From the human T2T-CHM13v2.0 reference genome, Homo sapiens: a stretch of 64,000 nt of DNA. Under the pieces are notes generated by a model. The model worked only from the letters and a program-made list of their open reading frames with translations, did not search any database and was not told where the DNA came from. The stretch is from the NCBI RefSeq assembly GCF_009914755.1, contig NC_060935.1, one strand, 5' to 3'. How positions within the stretch are numbered: the stretch's first letter is position 1; every line of letters starts with the position of its first letter. Shown in pieces: positions 25,101 to 31,430 of the stretch. A program made the translations under genes and the position numbers.

Positions 25101-27524
25101 AATATTCACATCTGGAACTTCAACACCCACCTTGGGTCCTGAGATGTCCACATCAGCCTTGGGCAGGTTCACATCCACTTCTGGGCCCTCTGCTTTGAAG
25201 CCAGGCATGCTGAACTTGGGCATTTTCATCTTGGGCATCTTCAGGTGCCAGTCTGGGCCTTGAACCTCCACATCTGGGACATCAATGTCCATTTTGGCAC
25301 TTTTAAGTTCAACATCAGGAACTTTAATCTCACTTTCAACCTTTGGCATTGTGACATCATATTCTCCCTTTACGTTAGGGCCTTTCAGATGTAAGTCCAC
25401 ATCAGGCATGGAGATCTTGGGGACTTTGATGTTCATCTCAGGCATCTTAAACTTGGGCCCTTTCAATTTCCCTTCTGGTTCCTCAATGCTCACATCAGGA
25501 GCAGTAACATCTATCTTGGGCCCGGAAATGTCCACATCAGCCTTGGGCAGGTTCACATCCACTTCTGGGCCCTCTGCTTTGAACCCTGGCACACTGAATT
25601 TGGGCATTTTCATCTTGGGCATCTTCAAGTGCCAGTCTGGGCCATGAACATCCACATCTGGGGCATCAATGTCCACTTTTGGGCCTTTGAGTTCTCCTTC
25701 CAGCTTTGGTACAGTTACATCATACTCTCCCTTCACCTTTGTACCTTTCACGTGCAAATCTACATCAGGCATGGAGATCTTTGGTGTCTTGACACTCATA
25801 TCAGGCAGCTTAACATCGGGGCCTTTAAGTTTTCCCCCCAGACCCTCCAAGTTGACATCTGGGGCTTCCACATTGACCTTGGGCCCTGAAATACTGATAT
25901 CTCCTTTGGGTAGAGTCATATGAACATCTGGACCTTCCCCTTTGGCTCCTGGAGTGCTGAACGTGGGCATTTTCATCTTGGGCATTTTCAGGTTCCATTC
26001 TGGGCCATGCGCTTCGACATCTGGGGCACTGACATCCACTTTGGGGCCTCTGACATCAACTTCAGGGACTTTGACTTTCCCTTCTACTCTGGGGAGTGTG
26101 ACATCTACACCCCCTTTCACTTTAGGTGCGGCCACATTTAAGTCTACTTCTGACATAGAGATCCTACAGGTTCCGGTTTTCCCGGAAGGACTGCCAAGCC
26201 TAGGGCCTGTCAAGGTTCCCTCTAGGTTTGGTGTCTCTATGTCCACTCTGGAGCCTTTAAGTGCCACTTGAGGGCCTTTAACATCACCTTGCACCCCAGG
26301 AGCAGAAACCTTAATATCTCCTTTCAGTTTAGGAGACCCAAGGCTCAGATCCACATCCTGCATGGAGATTTTAGGTTTCTGAATAATCATTTCAGGAGTC
26401 TTCACTTTAGTACCTTTCATCTTTCCTTCCAGCCCACCAGTAGCAATCTCAGGCAGGCTGACATCCCCAGAGACCCCAGGAACAGTCACTTCACCTGTAG
26501 GCAGTGTCACATCAATCCCAGTTTCCTCTCCCTTTGCACCTGATACAGAGAACTTGGGGACTTTCATCTTGGGCACATTCAGTTTGCTCCCAGGCCCCTG
26601 AACATCAATGTCAGGGGCCTGAACTTCCACACTGGGGCCAGTGATGCTACCCCCAATTTGGGGAGCAGAGGCATCCACCCCAATGTGCCCCTGTGGCTTG
26701 GCACCTTTCAGGCCTAGGTCACCCTCAAGTGATGGCCCAGTGATTTGGGGGCCCTTCAGCTTCCCCTCAAGGCCCTCAATATTGGCAGAGGGCACACTGA
26801 CTTCCAGCTGAGGGGCTTGGATAGTCAAGCCTGGCTTGCCGCCCTTGTGCCCCACAGAGACTTCAGGTGCAGAAACCCTCAGCCCTGCCTTTGGTGTCTG
26901 GCCCTCACGCCCTGTTGAGACACCAAATTTCGGCACTTTCATGGTGGGAAATTTAATTTTGCCATGATCACCACTCTCCAGAGATGGGCCCTGTACCTCT
27001 ACTGCCCTACCCCCAAGAGAAGATGAAATGTCCACTGCTGGAACTTGGACCCCTCCTCTGCCACCCAAGTCCAAGCCCTTTGCATTGACATTGACACCTG
27101 AGCCTCCCACCTTTATCCCAGGCATGGTGACCTGGAGCTTCGAGTGGCCAGCACCTTGGAGCTCTGGTCCTGAAGCAGAAATGGCCCCTGCTCGGATATC
27201 CACAGCAGAGCCTGTCGGAGAGGCTGCCCCCGAGCCCGAGGGCAGTCTGATCACGGTCTTCCCAGACTGGGTCTCCACATCCACATTGGAGATTTCAGTC
27301 AGTTCATGTCTTGGAATCTTGATCTTGAATTCAGGGCTACTGATGTCTATGTCCTTGGCTCCTTCCCGGCCAGTCACATCCACAGTGTAGGCCGTGACCC
27401 TTCTGGTCACTGTGATGGTACGGCTCTGGGTCTCCCCGAGGTCTCCTTCCACTCCATCTTCCGACTTCAGCCGTGGCTTGATCTTCGTGGTGTAGATGCG
27501 CTGGTACTCCTCATCATCCCCGCT
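10194..27524 (-). CDS. AHNAK: AHNAK giant terminal exon (exon 5) CDS, residues 115-5890: central ~128-aa repeat domain plus C-terminal domain
   Basis: Part of ORF 10194..27668. The acceptor ...tgtctttctgcag|AGC GGG GAT (SGDDEEY) lies at 27524/27525 in phase 0. The TAG stop at 10194-10196 follows ...STKKE. 17331 nt here plus 342 nt from upstream exons gives 5890 aa. Confidence 0.98.
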   Translation of the reverse strand, partial: SGDDEEYQRIYTTKIKPRLKSEDGVEGDLGETQSRTITVTRRVTAYTVDVTGREGAKDIDISSPEFKIKIPRHELTEISNVDVETQSGKTVIRLPSGSGAASPTGSAVDIRAGAISASGPELQGAGHSKLQVTMPGIKVGGSGVNVNAKGLDLGGRGGVQVPAVDISSSLGGRAVEVQGPSLESGDHGKIKFPTMKVPKFGVSTGREGQTPKAGLRVSAPEVSVGHKGGKPGLTIQAPQLEVSVPSANIEGLEGKLKGPQITGPSLEGDLGLKGAKPQGHIGVDASAPQIGGSITGPSVEVQAPDIDVQGPGSKLNVPKMKVPKFSVSGAKGEETGIDVTLPTGEVTVPGVSGDVSLPEIATGGLEGKMKGTKVKTPEMIIQKPKISMQDVDLSLGSPKLKGDIKVSAPGVQGDVKGPQVALKGSRVDIETPNLEGTLTGPRLGSPSGKTGTCRISMSEVDLNVAAPKVKGGVDVTLPRVEGKVKVPEVDVRGPKVDVSAPDVEAHGPEWNLKMPKMKMPTFSTPGAKGEGPDVHMTLPKGDISISGPKVNVEAPDVNLEGLGGKLKGPDVKLPDMSVKTPKISMPDVDLHVKGTKVKGEYDVTVPKLEGELKGPKVDIDAPDVDVHGPDWHLKMPKMKMPKFSVPGFKAEGPEVDVNLPKADVDISGPKIDVTAPDVSIEEPEGKLKGPKFKMPEMNIKVPKISMPDVDLHLKGPNVKGEYDVTMPKVESEIKVPDVELKSAKMDIDVPDVEVQGPDWHLKMPKMKMPKFSMPGFKAEGPEVDVNLPKADVDISGPKVGVEVPDVNIEGPEGKLKGPKFKMPEMNIKAPKISMPDVDLHMKGPKVKGEYDMTVPKLEGDLKGPKVDVSAPDVEMQGPDWNLKMPKIKMPKFSMPSLKGEGPEFDVNLSKANVDISAPKVDTNAPDLSLEGPEGKLKGPKFKMPEMHFRAPKMSLPDVDLDLKGPKMKGNVDISAPKIEGEMQVPDVDIRGPKVDIKAPDVEGQGLDWSLKIPKMKMPKFSMPSLKGEGPEVDVNLPKADVVVSGPKVDIEAPDVSLEGPEGKLKGPKFKMPEMHFKTPKISMPDVDLHLKGPKVKGDVDVSVPKVEGEMKVPDVEIKGPKMDIDAPDVEVQGPDWHLKMPKMKMPKFSMPGFKGEGREVDVNLPKADIDVSGPKVDVEVPDVSLEGPEGKLKGPKFKMPEMHFKAPKISMPDVDLNLKGPKLKGDVDVSLPEVEGEMKVPDVDIKGPKVDISAPDVDVHGPDWHLKMPKVKMPKFSMPGFKGEGPEVDVKLPKADVDVSGPKMDAEVPDVNIEGPDAKLKGPKFKMPEMSIKPQKISIPDVGLHLKGPKMKGDYDVTVPKVEGEIKAPDVDIKGPKVDINAPDVEVHGPDWHLKMPKVKMPKFSMPGFKGEGPEVDMNLPKADLGVSGPKVDIDVPDVNLEAPEGKLKGPKFKMPSMNIQTHKISMPDVGLNLKAPKLKTDVDVSLPKVEGDLKGPEIDVKAPKMDVNVGDIDIEGPEGKLKGPKFKMPEMHFKAPKISMPDVDLHLKGPKVKGDMDVSVPKVEGEMKVPDVDIKGPKVDIDAPDVEVHDPDWHLKMPKMKMPKFSMPGFKAEGPEVDVNLPKADIDVSGPSVDTDAPDLDIEGPEGKLKGSKFKMPKLNIKAPKVSMPDVDLNLKGPKLKGEIDASVPELEGDLRGPQVDVKGPFVEAEVPDVDLECPDAKLKGPKFKMPEMHFKAPKISMPDVDLHLKGPKVKGDADVSVPKLEGDLTGPSVGVEVPDVELECPDAKLKGPKFKMPDMHFKAPKISMPDVDLHLKGPKVKGDVDVSVPKLEGDLTGPSVGVEVPDVELECPDAKLKGPKFKMPEMHFKTPKISMPDVDLHLKGPKVKGDMDVSVPKVEGEMKVPDVDIKGPKMDIDAPDVDVHGPDWHLKMPKMKMPKFSMPGFKAEGPEVDVNLPKADVVVSGPKVDVEVPDVSLEGPEGKLKGPKLKMPEMHFKAPKISMPDVDLHLKGPKVKGDVDVSLPKLEGDLTGPSVDVEVPDVELECPDAKLKGPKFKMPEMHFKTPKISMPDVNLNLKGPKVKGDMDVSVPKVEGEMKVPDVDIRGPKVDIDAPDVDVHGPDWHLKMPKMKMPKFSMPGFKGEGPEVDVNLPKADVDVSGPKVDVEVPDVSLEGPEGKLKGPKFKMPEMHFKTPKISMPDVDFNLKGPKIKGDVDVSAPKLEGELKGPELDVKGPKLDADMPEVAVEGPNGKWKTPKFKMPDMHFKAPKISMPDLDLHLKSPKAKGEVDVDVPKLEGDLKGPHVDVSGPDIDIEGPEGKLKGPKFKMPDMHFKAPNISMPDVDLNLKGPKIKGDVDVSVPEVEGKLEVPDMNIRGPKVDVNAPDVQAPDWHLKMPKMKMPKFSMPGFKAEGPEVDVNLPKADVDISGPKVDIEGPDVNIEGPEGKLKGPKLKMPEMNIKAPKISMPDFDLHLKGPKVKGDVDVSLPKVEGDLKGPEVDIKGPKVDINAPDVGVQGPDWHLKMPKVKMPKFSMPGFKGEGPDGDVKLPKADIDVSGPKVDIEGPDVNIEGPEGKLKGPKFKMPEMNIKAPKISMPDIDLNLKGPKVKGDVDVSLPKVEGDLKGPEVDIKGPKVDIDAPDVDVHGPDWHLKMPKIKMPKISMPGFKGEGPDVDVNLPKADIDVSGPKVDVECPDVNIEGPEGKWKSPKFKMPEMHFKTPKISMPDIDLNLTGPKIKGDVDVTGPKVEGDLKGPEVDLKGPKVDIDVPDVNVQGPDWHLKMPKMKMPKFSMPGFKAEGPEVDVNLPKADVDVSGPKVDVEGPDVNIEGPEGKLKGPKFKMPEMNIKAPKIPMPDFDLHLKGPKVKGDVDISLPKVEGDLKGPEVDIRGPKVDIDVPDVGVQGPDWHLKMPKVKMPKFSMPGFKGEGPDVDVNLPKADLDVSGPKVDIDVPDVNIEGPEGKLKGPKFKMPEMNIKAPKISMPDIDLNLKGPKVKGDMDVSLPKVEGDMKVPDVDIKGPKVDINAPDVDVQGPDWHLKMPKIKMPKISMPGFKGEGPEVDVNLPKADLDVSGPKVDVDVPDVNIEGPDAKLKGPKFKMPEMNIKAPKISMPDLDLNLKGPKMKGEVDVSLANVEGDLKGPALDIKGPKIDVDAPDIDIHGPDAKLKGPKLKMPDMHVNMPKISMPEIDLNLKGSKLKGDVDVSGPKLEGDIKAPSLDIKGPEVDVSGPKLNIEGKSKKSRFKLPKFNFSGSKVQTPEVDVKGKKPDIDITGPKVDINAPDVEVQGKVKGSKFKMPFLSISSPKVSMPDVELNLKSPKVKGDLDIAGPNLEGDFKGPKVDIKAPEVNLNAPDVDVHGPDWNLKMPKMKMPKFSVSGLKAEGPDVAVDLPKGDINIEGPSMNIEGPDLNVEGPEGGLKGPKFKMPDMNIKAPKISMPDIDLNLKGPKVKGDVDISLPKLEGDLKGPEVDIKGPKVDINAPDVDVHGPDWHLKMPKVKMPKFSMPGFKGEGPEVDVTLPKADIDISGPNVDVDVPDVNIEGPDAKLKGPKFKMPEMNIKAPKISMPDFDLNLKGPKMKGDVVVSLPKVEGDLKGPEVDIKGPKVDIDTPDINIEGSEGKFKGPKFKIPEMHLKAPKISMPDIDLNLKGPKVKGDVDVSLPKMEGDLKGPEVDIKGPKVDINAPDVDVQGPDWHLKMPKVKMPKFSMPGFKGEGPDVDVNLPKADLDVSGPKVDIDVPDVNIEGPEGKLKGPKFKMPEMNIKAPKISMPDIDLNLKGPKVKGDMDVSLPKVEGDMQVPDLDIKGPKVDINAPDVDVRGPDWHLKMPKIKMPKISMPGFKGEGPEVDVNLPKADLDVSGPKVDVDVPDVNIEGPDAKLKGPKFKMPEMNIKAPKISMPDFDLHLKGPKVKGDVDVSLPKMEGDLKAPEVDIKGPKVDIDAPDVDVHGPDWHLKMPKVKMPKFSMPGFKGEGPEVDVNLPKADIDVSGPKVDIDTPDIDIHGPEGKLKGPKFKMPDLHLKAPKISMPEVDLNLKGPKMKGDVDVSLPKVEGDLKGPEVDIKGPKVDIDVPDVDVQGPDWHLKMPKVKMPKFSMPGFKGEGPDVDVNLPKADLDVSGPKVDIDVPDVNIEGPDAKLKGPKFKMPEMNIKAPKISMPDFDLHLKGPKVKGDVDVSLPKVEGDLKGPEVDIKGPKVDIDAPDVDVHGPDWHLKMPKVKMPKFSMPGFKGEGPDVDVTLPKADIEISGPKVDIDAPDVSIEGPDAKLKGPKFKMPEMNIKAPKISMPDIDFNLKGPKVKGDVDVSLPKVEGDLKGPEIDIKGPSLDIDTPDVNIEGPEGKLKGPKFKMPEMNIKAPKISMPDFDLHLKGPKVKGDVDVSLPKVESDLKGPEVDIEGPEGKLKGPKFKMPDVHFKSPQISMSDIDLNLKGPKIKGDMDISVPKLEGDLKGPKVDVKGPKVGIDTPDIDIHGPEGKLKGPKFKMPDLHLKAPKISMPEVDLNLKGPKVKGDMDISLPKVEGDLKGPEVDIRDPKVDIDVPDVDVQGPDWHLKMPKVKMPKFSMPGFKGEGPDVDVNLPKADIDVSGPKVDVDVPDVNIEGPDAKLKGPKFKMPEMSIKAPKISMPDIDLNLKGPKVKGDVDVTLPKVEGDLKGPEADIKGPKVDINTPDVDVHGPDWHLKMPKVKMPKFSMPGFKGEGPDVDVSLPKADIDVSGPKVDVDIPDVNIEGPDAKLKGPKFKMPEINIKAPKISIPDVDLDLKGPKVKGDFDVSVPKVEGTLKGPEVDLKGPRLDFEGPDAKLSGPSLKMPSLEISAPKVTAPDVDLHLKAPKIGFSGPKLEGGEVDLKGPKVEAPSLDVHMDSPDINIEGPDVKIPKFKKPKFGFGAKSPKADIKSPSLDVTVPEAELNLETPEISVGGKGKKSKFKMPKIHMSGPKIKAKKQGFDLNVPGGEIDASLKAPDVDVNIAGPDAALKVDVKSPKTKKTMFGKMYFPDVEFDIKSPKFKAEAPLPSPKLEGELQAPDLELSLPAIHVEGLDIKAKAPKVKMPDVDISVPKIEGDLKGPKVQANLGAPDINIEGLDAKVKTPSFGISAPQVSIPDVNVNLKGPKIKGDVPSVGLEGPDVDLQGPEAKIKFPKFSMPKIRIPGVKMEGGGAEVHAQLPSLEGDLRGPDVKLEGPDVSLKGPGVDLPSVNLSMPKVSGPDLDLNLKGPSLKGDLDASVPSMKVHAPGLNLSGVGGKMQVGGDGVKVPGIDATTKLNVGAPDVTLRGPSLQGDLAVSGDIKCPKVSVGAPDLSLEASEGSIKLPKMKLPQFGISTPGSDLHVNAKGPQVSGELKGPGVDVNLKGPRISAPNVDFNLEGPKVKGSLGATGEIKGPTVGGGLPGIGVQGLEGNLQMPGIKSSGCDVNLPGVNVKLPTGQISGPEIKGGLKGSEVGFHGAAPDISVKGPAFNMASPESDFGINLKGPKIKGGADVSGGVSAPDISLGEGHLSVKGSGGEWKGPQVSSALNLDTSKFAGGLHFSGPKVEGGVKGGQIGLQAPGLSVSGPQGHLESGSGKVTFPKMKIPKFTFSGRELVGREMGVDVHFPKAEASIQAGAGDGEWEESEVKLKKSKIKMPKFNFSKPKGKGGVTGSPEASISGSKGDLKSSKASLGSLEGEAEAEASSPKGKFSLFKSKKPRHRSNSFSDEREFSGPSTPTGTLEFEGGEVSLEGGKVKGKHGKLKFGTFGGLGSKSKGHYEVTGSDDETGKLQGSGVSLASKKSRLSSSSSNDSGNKVGIQLPEVELSVSTKKE
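10521..10538 (-). other. AHNAK: Codes RHRSNS, an Akt-type RxRxxS motif (Ser5782) next to basic NLS-like clusters
   Basis: The motif is seen in the ORF; the kinase consensus is established knowledge. Confidence 0.65.
10848..10907 (-). other. AHNAK: Codes GKVTFPKMKIPKFTFSGREL (residues 5654-5673), the annexin A2/S100A10-binding motif
   Basis: Peptide is present in the ORF and numbering was computed from the exon structure. Function is from established knowledge. Confidence 0.75.
13150..26100 (-). repeat. AHNAK central coding tandem repeat, 384-bp (128-aa) period with variant units
   Basis: The GPDWHLKMPK landmark recurs at exact 384-bp spacing, visible from antisense ORF ends at 18444, 18828, 19212, 19596 and 19980. 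Confidence 0.95.
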
Positions 27525-28452
27525 CTGCAGAAAGACACGCCGGGCAGAGGTTGCAGCAGAGTCTGCCTGAGTTAGCAGATGCCCGGCCACAGCCCAGCCG
27601 ACAACACGTTGCCTGTTTCCCAGAGAAGCTGGGACCAAAACAGAGGTCCATGGAGCCTCCTGGGGCACAGCACAGGGGAGTGAAGAAAGGGGCTGACAGC
27701 CACATCACAGGAGGAAATCAGAAATTCTCTGGAGGTCATACCGCTAAGCAAAAACCGTGGGGAGGGAGTGGGAGGTATACTCTTGGACTGGGAGGATTTC
27801 CATTCAGTTAGAGATTCAAATCAGCCTGTGCCAGGGACACCTCCCAAGAGACCAGGCCCTTCAGCTCCCAACTCTCAAGCCACTGGCTTGTTTGTTTAAT
27901 CAGGAGGGGAATCTTCTCAGAGGCCCTTGGACCCTGAAAGCACTCGTTGAGCCTAAGAGACTGGTTGTGCTTGGGTTAACAGTCTCACTTTGAGGACCCA
28001 TTATTTGTTAAATAAACAAGCCATCAGAAGGACCAATGTCCCCACAGGCACTTTGCTGCCCAGCGTCTGACCCACAGAATGTATCAGGCCTCTGCAGAGA
28101 GAAAAATGGTGTCTGTGAGGTGGAGCTGGGCACCTGTGAAGTCATTTCAAAGATTCTTGCAAAGCAGCTGACCTTCCTCCTAGCATCTAGGGCCGGGCTG
28201 CACAAGTCAGTTCCCATACTGTGGCCGCTCTGAAGAGACTGATTGAAGACATTTAGAGGGAGCACAGCCACATGTCACACGAAAGCGGAAAGAAACAGGG
28301 TGGCCAAGGGCTCAAGAGAGTGAAGACAGGTGAGAGGAGAAGAAGGAGCAAAAAGAGAGGGTCCGGAGGCACATGGAAGGCTCAGGAGTGGGGTCAGCAG
28401 GCCGGCATGGCCGGGGGAGCTCAGGGCACAGATGGGCCGGCGAGGTACTCAC

Positions 28453-28640
28453 CAGAACCACTTCAGAGCTGCAGGAGCTGAAGACTTCACGGGTCCAGGT
28501 CTGGCCAGGCTCGGGAGAGCGGTCCCCCTTGCGGTGCAGCTTCAGGCCCACCGTGTGGTGCCCCATGGTGTTCAGCAGCTGGGTCACCTCACCCGACTGC
28601 AGGTTGTCAAAGTAGATGGTGGCACCCACAATCTGGTCCC
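28453..28640 (-). CDS. AHNAK: AHNAK exon 4 (188 nt), second part of the PDZ-like domain (GDQIVGATIYFDNL...SSEVVL)
   Basis: Acceptor ccctgctcag|GG at 28640/28641; donor CTG|gtgagt at 28453/28452. Phase joins exon 3 and exon 5 in frame. Confidence 0.96.
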
Positions 28641-28737
28641 CTGAGCAGGGAAGAGCAGGAAGCAGGTAAGGCCCAAAGAGCCTCAGGGAAACCGCACACA
28701 GCCACCACACACTGGGCACTGAACTGACTTGAACTCA

Positions 28738-29157
<420 letters not shown>

Positions 29158-29394
29158 TCAGATCTGAGGACCAGGTGTCCACTACCCCACACAGCTGCCT
29201 CCCCTGAGGACCACAAGTGACAGACACAGAGTGGCCAAGGGAGGGCAGGGCTTGGGTACCAACCACCCTGATGCCACTGGGAATGGGCCCTCGACAGCCA
29301 CTCACCCACTTCTGCCTGCTCCCTGCCCTTCCCTCCAACACCCCCACCGACCCCCCAACCACCAGCACCCAGTCCACACCCTGGGGTGACTCAC

Positions 29395-29548
29395 CCTCCT
29401 TGACCACCCCAGTGCGGGCCGCAGGGGAGTTCTGCGTCACCTCCTGCACAAAGACGCCGTCGTCCCTCTGGGCGATGGTCAGCCCGTGGGAGCCACTACC
29501 CTGCCAGTTGGGCAGCAGCAGCTCCCGGGTTGTCTCCTCCTTCTCCAT
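29395..29548 (-). CDS. AHNAK: AHNAK exon 3 (154 nt), begins exactly at the ATG (MEKEETTRELLLPNW...VVKEG)
   Basis: Acceptor ttccag|ATG at 29548/29549; donor GAGG|gtgagt at 29395/29394. Recognised AHNAK N-terminus. Confidence 0.96.
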
Positions 29549-29918
29549 CTGGAATGAGGTGAGGAAATGGAACTGGGGTCAGTGGGGGTGGGAGGACATG
29601 AGGGCATGGGAAAGCTAGCAATCTCTGGCGCTGTGAACTCCAGGGAGTGGGGCCCTCAGCAATGCACCTGCCCCTGCAGCTGGCTCACCTGCCAGGTGAG
29701 GTGTTGGGGGTGGGGTAATTCGTCTCACGTCCTTCCACTGTGGAAGTTCTCCCAAGGCACAGCAAAGAAGATGGAAAGGAGACAGCAGAGGCAACTGGAC
29801 CCGGAGGTAGCTGGCCCTTCATCCCTGTCCCCCACGGCCCCAGCCTCCCATCCACACAGGGCCCACCCTCCCCACATCCCGTCACCTCCGCCTCTCTCTG
29901 CCTCTCCCACCTACTGAC

Positions 29919-30017
29919 CTTTGCAGGATTCCGCTCAGGAGCGAATGCCTTGCCAGGAGCCCGCCCCTCCTTCCTCTCTTCCCCTCAGTCTCTCTCGTCG
30001 GGAATCTCGGTCACAAC
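29919..30017 (-). other. AHNAK: AHNAK non-coding exon 2 (99 nt, 5'UTR)
   Basis: Acceptor cttttccctag|GTT at 30017/30018; donor AAG|gtcagt at 29919/29918. Purine-rich body with no ATG. Confidence 0.8.
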
Positions 30018-30376
30018 CTAGGGAAAAGTTCACGATGATGCTCGCACTCCGGTCGGCAGTCTGCTTGCTCCAAGTCTCTACCCAAGGGATAGCCAGGTCC
30101 TCTGCTACCCAGGCCAGCTCAGAACCCGACCCCCACCACCGCCGTCAATTCCACTCGTCCATGACTCTCCAGCCCGGCATAGCAGAAAGGGGCTTCAGAG
30201 GAGCCAGACTTGCAGTCAGATCCTGGCTCTGCCTCCTTCTAGCTGTGGGACCCTGGCCAAGACACTTCAGTTTTCTGAACCTCCATTTCCTCATCTGTGA
30301 AAATGGAGGCAATAAAGGAGAAAAAATAGAGCACTGGCCGGCAGGAGCCGCTTCACATGCACACTCTTGCCACATT

Positions 30377-31430
<1,054 letters not shown>

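Noticed and set aside
13150-26100. Regular repeat array as CRISPR-like or satellite DNA
   Set aside because: It is an uninterrupted in-frame coding repeat with no unique spacers and no cas genes, in a human gene.
10369-27390. Plus-strand ORFs over AHNAK as independent genes
   Set aside because: They are shadow frames mirroring the repeat period, with no promoter or splice support. Kept only as a low-interest finding.
27525-27668. First 48 codons of the 5824-aa ORF (MPQEAPW...VFLQ) as the AHNAK N-terminus
   Set aside because: Starts at GTG within intron 4. The true N-terminus comes from exons 3-4 and gives exactly 5890 aa.
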